NCBI GenBank assembly: GCA_040220235.1
Contig: JAVJTO010000070.1
DNA: 64,000 nt
Source of the DNA: Coleofasciculus sp. B1-GNL1-01
GTDB taxonomy: Bacteria > Cyanobacteriota > Cyanobacteriia > Cyanobacteriales > Coleofasciculaceae
Reading direction: 5' to 3' (one strand)
Positions within the stretch are counted from its first letter, which is position 1. Each line of letters begins with the position of its first letter. The notes below the pieces were generated by a model that was not told where the DNA came from, ran no database searches, and saw only the letters and a list, made by a program, of their open reading frames with translations. Of this stretch, positions 10,010 through 18,832 are shown one piece after another. The position numbers and the translations under genes are program-made.

Positions 10010-10171
10010 TTATTCTAAGGGTTCAAAATCCGATTTAGCCGCCCCACAGACGGGACATACCCAGTCATCCGGGATATCCTCAAAGGCGGTTCCGGGTTCG
10101 ATACCGCCATCGGGATCACCTTTTTCGGGATCATATTCGTAGTTGCAAACGGTGCAAACATATTTTTTCAT
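10010..10171 (-). CDS. Rubredoxin
   Basis: MKKYVCTVC...DWVCPVCGA; two CxxC motifs, 53 aa. Confidence 0.96.
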   Translation of the reverse strand: MKKYVCTVCNYEYDPEKGDPDGGIEPGTAFEDIPDDWVCPVCGAAKSDFEPLE

Positions 10172-10571
10172 ATTGTCTTCTCCTATTATCTGATTCCGTC
10201 GTACAGTGTATCGTACACCGTATTGCACAACTGATTCAGGCTAGCTATAGTGGGATGGAAGAGTTTGGCACAGCAATTATTTGCTATTTTACCGAAGAAA
10301 AATGCTTTTAGGGGTTGGCGAATCTAGGGGATGATTGACAACCGCTGAGTAGTCGTCTAAAGTAACAGGATCTAAGCATTCAACGAAATTTAGAGCGTCA
10401 ACTTCGCGACGTTGAAGCGATGAAAGCGCATAATGGCTACCGACTGAACTCCCTGATTCAGTCGGTAGCCAGGGAGTTTTGTCTACCTATACTATCTGAT
10501 CGGGTGGTATCGCATGTCTAGCATTGCGATAGTTATAGTGAGAATTTTGCCAACGACAACTGGAGAGTAAG

Positions 10572-11006
10572 ATGAACGGTAAATTTTATTTATTAGAGTG
10601 TGGGGATAATGATGTTCTGTCGTTTGGAGAGGATACATACAAGGTTCATAAATTGAAAAAGGCTTTAAATCAATCCTTGACTTCAGATATCGGAGCGAAA
10701 TTCAACGATAGTTTAAGTGATAATGGAGTGACTATCGATGAAACTATTCTGAAATCCGCAGGTGATGATAATGACTCAGGGAAATGGTTTAGCCAGGGAA
10801 TCGATTGTGAAATTCTCAAGTTAGGTGCGGATCGCTGGAAAAAAGGAAAGGTGAAACTGAAAATTAATCTGGAATTTTATATAGAAGAACAGAGTGCTGT
10901 AGAAACCTATCGCCGAAATAATTTAAAACTTGAGCCATCTGAAGCCCCACTTACGAATCTGCGTCAGATTGTTCATCAGGATGAGAGTCAGCCAGAAAAC
11001 CAATAA
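10572..11006 (+). CDS. KGK domain protein
   Basis: WFSQGIDCEILKLG..WKKGKVKLKINLEF signature. Confidence 0.88.
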   Translation: MNGKFYLLECGDNDVLSFGEDTYKVHKLKKALNQSLTSDIGAKFNDSLSDNGVTIDETILKSAGDDNDSGKWFSQGIDCEILKLGADRWKKGKVKLKINLEFYIEEQSAVETYRRNNLKLEPSEAPLTNLRQIVHQDESQPENQ

Positions 11007-11015
11007 ATCAGATAG

Positions 11016-11405
11016 TCAACATTTTTGATTCAATGGGTGTGCGGCGCGATCGCTCATAATTTCTGCGATTATATCACCAACGACTTGGGGTTCATCTTCC
11101 CAGCCACCTAGCCTTTTGAAGAGGCGATTAAAATCGCTGCTACACAAACAAAGTCCGCCTGCGCGGACTGGGTTATAACGGGGGTAGCTAACCCGGATTT
11201 GGTATAAAAGCATCCCCACTTTGCCAATTACTTTTAATCCAATTTGTTTAGCTTGAACTCTCAGCCAGCTTAATGTGCTTCTGACTTCAACAACTACGGT
11301 GGGAGGTGCAAATATAACAGGAAAGACTTGGGGGAGTAAATCTAACTGTCCAATGCGTTCTAAGCCAATCAGACAAGTACTATTAGTAACGGCTGGTTGG
11401 GTCAA
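11016..11405 (-). pseudogene. Degenerate DUF3368-family PIN-domain gene
   Basis: AVTNSTCLIGLERIGQLDLL start and AKQIGLKVIG.VGMLL segment are present, but the central GEAEAI/ILDD region and the C-terminus are missing; the frame runs into repeat DNA. Confidence 0.7.
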
Positions 11406-12355
11406 AGATTAACCTCCTCTTGCAAGTCTTCTGGAGGATAATCGATTACAGGAACTCCTCGTTTGCCAAGTAATTCGATAAAGGTGGCTTTGGAATAGCC
11501 TGCTAATTTTGCCGCTTGTCCAAGGGAGAGGTGTCCGGTTTCAAAGAGTTTAATCATGAGTAAATGCCAAAAATTACTATAACGGGAATCTACCAACTGA
11601 ACTGGCAAATCTTGTGAGGTGACAATTAACCGACTTTGACAAGATTCGGCGGATAACAAGCTCAAAAATAATTTGAGCCACCACTTATCAGCAAAATTCC
11701 CCCAACCTTCTTCTTCATTTCCCGTTAGCAATCTTTCCAGAGAATCAATCAGCACCAGCACCTGATTCTTGTGCAGGTGTTTGACTAATCTGTACAGCAA
11801 TCGTTCTGGCTGTTTCTCTTCTGCTGAGAGTCTTTCTCCCCACTCTTCCAACCATCTGGCGGCGACACTGGCAAAATCTGTGGTTTTGTCTTGATAATCA
11901 AAATTAGCTCTCCGCAGGTTATTTTTCCAATCCCCCTGAAACCAGTCTTGTAGTTCCACCGTCAAGCGTTCAGCCAAGGCGGTTTTACCAATTCCGGTGA
12001 TACCCACCAGCAGTAATAGCCGATACGTCCCTCGCAGTTTCTGATTCAGTTGAGTAACTAACTGTTCTCGACCTACCCAGGCTTCGTCATAAGCAAAAAA
12101 TTCGGGTCTGGAATCTGTCGGCGACGGTGGACTATCATCAACAATCTCTTGCCAATTCTCTATCCCGACAGCCTGACAAATTCCAATAAAGGCATCTTGC
12201 TGAATGGGTAATCCCCGCCGGAACCGCTTCAGGGTTGCTTGTGTCGTGTTGGCATCTTGATACCAAGCGGCGGCTGTCGCTGTCCAGCCTTTCTTTCGTC
12301 TTGCCTGATCGACTATTTCCAGTCCGGGTTTAGATGCTTTGAGAGTAACCGCCAT
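11402..12355 (-). CDS. Chimeric ORF: HTH-like + NB-ARC/AAA NTPase N-terminus fused to a UPF0175-like C-terminus (probable deletion product)
   Basis: Walker A GITGIGKT, Walker B VLIDSLE and LIVTSQ, then an abrupt switch to IKLFETGHLSLGQAAKLAGYSKATFIELL. Confidence 0.75.
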   Translation of the reverse strand: MAVTLKASKPGLEIVDQARRKKGWTATAAAWYQDANTTQATLKRFRRGLPIQQDAFIGICQAVGIENWQEIVDDSPPSPTDSRPEFFAYDEAWVGREQLVTQLNQKLRGTYRLLLLVGITGIGKTALAERLTVELQDWFQGDWKNNLRRANFDYQDKTTDFASVAARWLEEWGERLSAEEKQPERLLYRLVKHLHKNQVLVLIDSLERLLTGNEEEGWGNFADKWWLKLFLSLLSAESCQSRLIVTSQDLPVQLVDSRYSNFWHLLMIKLFETGHLSLGQAAKLAGYSKATFIELLGKRGVPVIDYPPEDLQEEVNL

Positions 12356-12497
12356 GCTTATCTATTGAATGTCCGGTTGATGGCTCAATTTTGGCTCACT
12401 TTCAACGGTAGCAGCAAGAATGAGCTGAAAGTGCAGCTTTTAGATATGGGTAGCTAAGGAATCATAAAGATGTTGAACGCAAAGGAAAGACAAATTC

Positions 12498-12761
12498 ATG
12501 TCCAAGGAACAAGCTACGATTTCCACCAGCCAAACTAACCCAACGACTCCACCTATCGATCCGACGCCGTTATTGCAGTATGGGGATAATCCGACGGCGA
12601 TTATTCTGAGTATCGCTATTCTACTGTGGGTCTTGCGTCCGGTGATGTTACGCCAACAATCAAATCCTGGGGAAACGCTGGGATCGACTCAGGGTAAGTT
12701 GACACCTTGGGGTAGAGGCGCGATCGCAGCCTTTATGCGTACTTTTAATTCCAACAGTTAA
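12498..12761 (+). CDS. Small single-TM hypothetical protein
   Basis: AGGA-like RBS upstream; one hydrophobic helix (PTAIILSIAILLWVL); divergent from the NTPase gene. Confidence 0.55.
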   Translation: MSKEQATISTSQTNPTTPPIDPTPLLQYGDNPTAIILSIAILLWVLRPVMLRQQSNPGETLGSTQGKLTPWGRGAIAAFMRTFNSNS

Positions 12762-13245
12762 CGGTTCAGCGCCGAGGATGGCTGGGTTATGGCGGATATC
12801 TAATTAATTAAGATGGCGGCTTGGTACACCTAAGCAAGATGAATTAGAATTACGCCCGGAAACCGTAGGGGCGCAAAGCTTTGCGCCCGATTCAATGGTA
12901 AAATCTATTCCACAATTTTAGCTGTGTCAAGCCAATAGGCTTGCATCCTTTACTACGAACTAGGAACTTGGTGCGATCGCACTGAAAGCAGACTAGGCGA
13001 GCATTTGATAGGCTCGCATCCCTTACTACAAACTGTATTAGCTAAGGATTGGTGGGTTACGGCGGATATCTAATTAAATGGTTATGTCTTACAATTGAGT
13101 CCCGCCTAACCCACCCTACCAGACTGATCCCTGATTTGCCAGCAGTATCCTAAGTCGGGGATCTGAAGTACCTCACTGATGCTTCTGTTGTAAAAAAATT
13201 CAGCAAAATTTTGATCGGCTTGTCACCCCATCAGAGAATTTGCAC

Positions 13246-13761
13246 TTAGGTTTGCAGTTCGTTGAATTTGGCGCGAATAGTTTCTACCCGTTTGCGGTTG
13301 ACGCCTAAATCGGATTGTCCTAAACGCGATGCTGAACGAACATGGATAACATTCGCTCCTTCATCTAGGAAAAATTCTACGTCATCGACGAACCCCATCA
13401 GCTTAGTCGCGAATTCGGCGTAAAGATAATTCTCTGATTCCGTGATAATTTTGGTTCTTTCCATGTTCTCAATCAGGGTTTTTAGGTCAGCTATTGCCTT
13501 AGCTGGTGCTGATTTGTAGGTTAACGGATCAATTTTATGTTGGGCATCTTGAGCTTGACTGTTGACACAGTTTGGCGTTTCGGGACAGGTAGTTAACTTC
13601 CCTGACTCAACACCAAGATTCGTGGGTCGTTTTCCAGCAAACATCTCTCCTCCTGAAACAGTTAAGGTTACGCCTATAGAGGCAGAAACAATGAAGATTA
13701 AAGCAATCAAGACGATCAAAATAGCTTTAAGTGGTGATCGCTTTTGCGCTTCTAATGTCAT
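13246..13761 (-). CDS. DUF1499 family protein
   Basis: CPETPNCVNSQ, GFVDDVEF, RSASRLGQSDLGVNRKR. Confidence 0.92.
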   Translation of the reverse strand: MTLEAQKRSPLKAILIVLIALIFIVSASIGVTLTVSGGEMFAGKRPTNLGVESGKLTTCPETPNCVNSQAQDAQHKIDPLTYKSAPAKAIADLKTLIENMERTKIITESENYLYAEFATKLMGFVDDVEFFLDEGANVIHVRSASRLGQSDLGVNRKRVETIRAKFNELQT

Positions 13762-13909
13762 AGTGTTTGTCCTTTGTCATTCGTTATTTGTCCTTTGCCT
13801 TAATTAATCATTTAGACAGGGTGGGTTTGAGGGATAGCAAAAGGCAGAGGCTAGAAGGCTTCAAGGCAGACGGTTTATTACTTCTTGAGCCAAGAAAAGA
13901 GTCACAGTT

Positions 13910-15229
13910 TTACCCATCAAACCTCAAGGCTTGACCGCGTACATCTGTGTGCAGTTTGCCCCGTTCATAAGCCACTTTACCTCCAACAATCGTCATCACC
14001 GACCATCCGGTTAAGTTCCAGCCTTCAAAGGGACTCCAACCACATTTAGTTAAGAGTTCCTCTCGCCGCACCGGATGGTAATTTTCTAAGTCTACTAAGA
14101 CCAAATCGGCATCATAACCGGGAGCGATCGCGCCTTTGTTGGGAATGCGATAGGCTTTAGCAGCAGCCGTAGACATCCAGTTGGAGACTTGGGCAACAGT
14201 ACAGCGTCCTTGTATGGCTTGGGTGAGCATTAAGGCTAAGGATGTCTCTACTCCCGGCATTCCTGAGGGACTATTGGGATAGGTTTGGGCTTTTTCCTCT
14301 AGGGTATGAGGGGCGTGATCCGTGGCAATAAAGTCAATGACGCCATCTAATAGCGCTTGCCAAAGGGTGGCATTATCCTGGGGCGATCGCAAGGGTGGGT
14401 TCATTTGCGCCAAGGTGCCGATTTCCTCATAGGCGCTGGTATTGAGGAGCAGGTGTTGAGGGGTGACTTCAGCCGTTACCCAACTGGGTTTATCTCGACG
14501 CAGTAACTCGGCTTCCTCCCCGGTAGACAGATGCAGAATATGCAGGCGTCGCTGATATTTTTTCGAGAGTTTCAGCGCCAGTTGAGTCGCATTTAGGGCG
14601 GCTTGATTATCCTGAATCTGGGAGTGAATTGCCGGATCATTAATTCCAGCAAATTTTTCCCGCCGTTCCCGGATTCGCTGTTGATCTTCAGCATGAACCG
14701 CAATTAGTCGGCTTCCCTCGGCAAAAATTGGGTCGAGGGCTTCCTCGCTATCCACTAATAGCCCCCCACGCATCGAACCCATAAATATTTTAATCCCACA
14801 GGTCGGCTGTGCCTCACGCAGATCGGGCAAATTTGCTGGCGTCGCGCCAATAAAAAAGCCGTAGTTGACTAAGCACTTCTCGGATGCCCGTTTCAGCTTA
14901 TCGTCTAAGGCGGCTTGAGTTGTGGTTAGGGGGCGAGTGTTGGGCATTTCCAGAAAGGAGGTAACGCCTCCCTTGGCACAAGCACAACTGGCGGTAAATA
15001 AGTCTTCCTTATGTTCTAAGCCCGGTTCGCGAAAATGAACTTGTGGATCGATAACTCCCGGCAACAATGTTAACCCTGTTGCGTCGATTTCCCTATCTGC
15101 CGAAGCTGAGATGTCTGGGGCAATCTGGACAATTTCTCGACCACGAGTGAGGACATCTCCCAGCAAAATGTCCCCTGTGGGCATGAGAATACGAGCATGG
15201 CGGATGAGTAAGCTTGAGTCAGAGGACAT
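13910..15229 (-). CDS. pyrC: Dihydroorotase (cyanobacterial type, amidohydrolase family)
   Basis: DPQVHFREPG, EMPNT, VHAED, MNPPLR, ATDHAPH. Confidence 0.88.
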   Translation of the reverse strand: MSSDSSLLIRHARILMPTGDILLGDVLTRGREIVQIAPDISASADREIDATGLTLLPGVIDPQVHFREPGLEHKEDLFTASCACAKGGVTSFLEMPNTRPLTTTQAALDDKLKRASEKCLVNYGFFIGATPANLPDLREAQPTCGIKIFMGSMRGGLLVDSEEALDPIFAEGSRLIAVHAEDQQRIRERREKFAGINDPAIHSQIQDNQAALNATQLALKLSKKYQRRLHILHLSTGEEAELLRRDKPSWVTAEVTPQHLLLNTSAYEEIGTLAQMNPPLRSPQDNATLWQALLDGVIDFIATDHAPHTLEEKAQTYPNSPSGMPGVETSLALMLTQAIQGRCTVAQVSNWMSTAAAKAYRIPNKGAIAPGYDADLVLVDLENYHPVRREELLTKCGWSPFEGWNLTGWSVMTIVGGKVAYERGKLHTDVRGQALRFDG

Positions 15230-15423
15230 AAGAAAATGCTAAAATTCCCAATAGCTTCAGTATTCCTACTTTAAAGCGAATTTTGTCCAGTTACTAGAGG
15301 AACCACTGCGGTTACAACCGCTTCGGTTACATTGGAAGAGATGAGCCTACTAATCGGCTGATTTTCCTCCGCTGATTTTCCCCCATCGTCCAACTCGTGA
15401 TTGCTTAAGGTGATTCAACGGCT

Positions 15424-16053
15424 ATGACTCGTGCCCAAAATCGAGACTCTGAAAAACAATCGGTACAAAAGACGGAAAATCCCTGGGTAGAGGGATTTAA
15501 GACCATTGGCTTAAGTATTTTTCTCGCGATCGGGATTCGCAGCTTTGTGGCAGAAGCGCGATATATCCCTTCGGGTTCTATGGAACCCACCCTACAGATT
15601 AACGATCGCCTGATTATTGATAAGATCAGCTATAACTTCCGTCAACCCCAGCGCGGAGACATTGTTGTCTTTTCTCCCACAGATGCGCTCAAGCAACAAA
15701 ATTTCAAAGACGCCTTTATCAAACGAGTGATTGGTCTTCCTGGCGAAACCGTGGAGGTGAAGGGAGGACGAGTTTATGTCAATGGTCAAGTCTTGCGGGA
15801 ACAATATATCGAAGAGGAAGCCGAATACAGCTACGGACCCGTGACTGTGCCTGAGGACAACTATTTGGTTTTGGGAGATAATCGCAATAATAGCTACGAC
15901 TCTCACTATTGGGGTTTTGTCCCCCGTAACAATATTATTGGACGAGCGATCGTCCGCTTTTGGCCCCTGGATCGGGTAGGTGAAGTCGATGTGATTGAAT
16001 CTGTGGCTCCAGACGCCTCTCCTTCAACCCAGATGCAACAGCCAGTAGACTAA
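15424..16053 (+). CDS. lepB: Signal peptidase I
   Basis: [10 protein letters not shown] (Ser), FIKRVIG (Lys), [11 protein letters not shown]. Confidence 0.95.
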   Translation: MTRAQNRDSEKQSVQKTENPWVEGFKTIGLSIFLAIGIRSFVAEARYIPSGSMEPTLQINDRLIIDKISYNFRQPQRGDIVVFSPTDALKQQNFKDAFIKRVIGLPGETVEVKGGRVYVNGQVLREQYIEEEAEYSYGPVTVPEDNYLVLGDNRNNSYDSHYWGFVPRNNIIGRAIVRFWPLDRVGEVDVIESVAPDASPSTQMQQPVD

Positions 16054-16239
16054 AACGTTTTCGGTGAAGCTTGCAGGAGAGCCGAGGAACAGGGGAAGGG
16101 GAGAAATTTCTCCCCTTTTCTGTATGACCTGATACGCATGTCACTTTTGTAGTGGCGTGGCACACCTAATTGGGTAGATTAGCTTGGGTTCGTAGTAGGG
16201 AACCTTAGCCCTAATTTCTTATGTTTTCTGGGCGTAATG

Positions 16240-16308
16240 GTCGGGTAAAGTTTGAGGGTCGCCCCTCTCCCCTCCCCTGAGAACCGTACATGAGACTTCG
16301 CACTCATA
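16240..16308 (-). mobile_element. Group II intron 3' remnant (partial domain V plus domain VI)
   Basis: Minus strand reads TATGAGTGCGAAGTCTCATGTACGGTTCTCAGGGGAGGGGAGAGGGGCGACCCTCAAACTTTACCCGAC; the GAGCCG start of domain V is absent. Confidence 0.72.
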
Positions 16309-16566
16309 TTATATTTTTTTAACGCAGAGGTACGCAAAGGATGGCGCATAGGTACGCAGAGAAATTTGCTGTATTTGGGTGAAATTTTTATACTGAAGTT
16401 TCTCTGATGCTGATGTACTACAATTAGCTTAACGCCTTATCCAGTAATAGTGTGAACGATGATCGGTTAAAATCCTACTGGATACAATCTTCGGCTGCGA
16501 TGGCTGAACCTCTTATCTGATAACACTTTTGTCACTAAGCTGAGAGTATATTACTGATATTGAATT

Positions 16567-17859
16567 ATGGAAAGAATTGAAATTAAAGATTTTGTGGGAA
16601 TTAAAGATATTACGCTAGATGTCAAACCCATTAATATTTTGATCGGTCCCCAAGCCAGCGGGAAGAGTGTCGTCGCCAAGTTACTCTTCTACTTCAAAAG
16701 CTTTATATCTGAAATTCTTAACGCCGCAGAACGATCAAAACATAAAAGAGAGCTTGATCAAGATTTCAAAAGCAGATTTTATGAATATTTCCCGTCATCA
16801 TCCTGGGGAAACGCAAACTTTAAAATTTGTTATTATGTCGGTGAAGATTTTATTGAGATTTACCGAAAACGAAAAAACAAGAAAAGCTCACCGGAAGTGG
16901 TACTTAACTATTCAGAATTTTTTAAAGATGAATTTGTTTATTTGAGAAATATCATTCAGAAACAAAATGAGAAAGCCGCTGAACAAGATATGCCAGTTGG
17001 TGTTCTCTCTCGTTTCAATATTATCTATGATATACAGCGATCCTTTTTACGGGATGTAGCTAAAAAAGTTCCTCAAGTTGTCACGTTTTCACAATTATAT
17101 ATTCCAGCAGGACGATCCTTTTTTGCCAATCTCAAAAGTAGTATATTCACTTTTTTATCTGAGAACAAAGCTGTCGATCCGTTTCTGGTTGAGTTCGGGA
17201 ATTACTATGAAAGCGTGAAAAATCCGATTAGACTTGAAAGGTTGAGAGGAAGAGTCAATAACAAACAATTAAACGAGGAGATAGATAAACTTAGCACAAA
17301 AATTCTTTGCGGCAAGTATTTTCAAGAAGACGGGGAAGATTATCTGGCAATGGATAGAGGCAGAAAAATTAGTGTTTCAAATTCGTCTTCGGGACAACAA
17401 GAAGTATTGCCATTAGCTCTTATTCTTAGAGCAGTTGCATTATCAAAACCCAAAATAGGGGGTCAATCCATATATATTGAGGAGCCAGAGGCACATATTT
17501 TTCCAGCCGCTCAGAGAGATATGGTCGAGCTAATTTCTACAGTCTATAACTCTGGCAAAGATAACTTGCAGTTTTTTATTACAACTCATAGTCCTTATAT
17601 ATTAACGGCTTTCAATAATCTGCTTCAAGCCGGATTCTTGGCGGCTAATGCTACTGAAGAAAAGAAAAAAGAAATAGCTCGTTATGTTCCTACATCAAGA
17701 TTACTTGAGCCTAATGATCTGGCTGTATATTCTTTAGCCGATGGTTATTGCCATTCCATTCTCGATCTTGAAACAGGATTAATAGATACGAATATTATTG
17801 ATGACGTATCGAATGAACTAGCCATTCAGTTTGATCAACTTCTCGATATCAATCCATGA
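16567..17859 (+). CDS. ABC-type ATPase (AAA_15/AAA_21-like)
   Basis: GPQASGKS, SSSGQQ signature, IEEPEAH, ITTHSP. Confidence 0.88.
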   Translation: MERIEIKDFVGIKDITLDVKPINILIGPQASGKSVVAKLLFYFKSFISEILNAAERSKHKRELDQDFKSRFYEYFPSSSWGNANFKICYYVGEDFIEIYRKRKNKKSSPEVVLNYSEFFKDEFVYLRNIIQKQNEKAAEQDMPVGVLSRFNIIYDIQRSFLRDVAKKVPQVVTFSQLYIPAGRSFFANLKSSIFTFLSENKAVDPFLVEFGNYYESVKNPIRLERLRGRVNNKQLNEEIDKLSTKILCGKYFQEDGEDYLAMDRGRKISVSNSSSGQQEVLPLALILRAVALSKPKIGGQSIYIEEPEAHIFPAAQRDMVELISTVYNSGKDNLQFFITTHSPYILTAFNNLLQAGFLAANATEEKKKEIARYVPTSRLLEPNDLAVYSLADGYCHSILDLETGLIDTNIIDDVSNELAIQFDQLLDINP

Positions 17860-18296
17860 GAAATTTTGCCGAGTGTGAAACGATTAAGAGTGATACCTAT
17901 ATTGTTGTTACTGATCCTGGGAGTCGAAATAAACGAAGTAAATTCCGATTACATAATCCAAATCGGGCTACCATAAAAGTTGTTCAGGTAGATGATTGTG
18001 TGATTAAAGACGGTATCAGATGCGACTATTTACTCATATTGCCCAATGAACAAGAGGTTTATATTGAGTTAAAAGGTTCTAATGTTCAGCATGCGGTGGA
18101 GCAAATTGAAAGAGCGATTGAGGTGTTGTCTTGTAATTGCAAATCTCTGATTAAACTCTGCTTTATTTCAAGCACAAGATGTCCCATCAACTCAACTGAA
18201 ATACAGAATCTAAAGAAAAAGTTTAAACAAAAATATAATGCTAAACTCTTTATAAAGAATGGAGAAATTTCCTATACTTATGAGGGGAATTCATAG
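17856..18296 (+). CDS. Small putative PD-(D/E)xK nuclease-fold protein
   Basis: CDYLL...VYIELKG motif; ATGA overlap with the ATPase stop codon. Confidence 0.6.
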   Translation: MRNFAECETIKSDTYIVVTDPGSRNKRSKFRLHNPNRATIKVVQVDDCVIKDGIRCDYLLILPNEQEVYIELKGSNVQHAVEQIERAIEVLSCNCKSLIKLCFISSTRCPINSTEIQNLKKKFKQKYNAKLFIKNGEISYTYEGNS

Positions 18297-18582
18297 CGCA
18301 CGTCTGGAAAAGGGCGCACGTCTATGCGCCCCTACGTCGCCTCAATCATTGGGTAGTGAATCCGAGTCTGACGGTTCTGTATATTGACGAAATATACCTC
18401 AAGGGTTACGATCGCACCTGTCAAGCCAAAATCCGGCTAACCCTACCAAGGGTGTACTTCCCGGATTTGGGCGATACTCCTGCACCTTGGTGCGAAAGCT
18501 AGCACTCGCGCCCACCCTGACTTATGTGAAGATTCTGTAAAGATTAAACACTTAACATAAAGACTTGATAAAGATGTAAATT

Positions 18583-18615
18583 CTTAAAAAGTAATTAACC
18601 ATTTCTTTACAAAAC
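18583..18615 (+). promoter_or_regulatory. Candidate Pho box (SphR/PhoB site)
   Basis: 11-bp periodic units CTTAAAAAgta ATTAACCAttt CTTTACAAaac upstream of a phosphatase gene. Confidence 0.5.
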
Positions 18616-18832
18616 TTTGGCAAAGTATATTTGTACTCAAAAAAAATAGAAATATTACCAAGTAAGCGGCTTGGCATCTGTAATTTAGGTTACAGAAAAG
18701 GACGGGAAAACGAGAAGAGGTCAATTCCGCCGTGATAGCGCTGTGCATAAATTCCTCGATTCGCTTTCTCTTCCCCTTTATGCCCTAGCTGAGGATAACA
18801 CCTGAACAACCTGAGTTTTTTGTTAATTAAAC

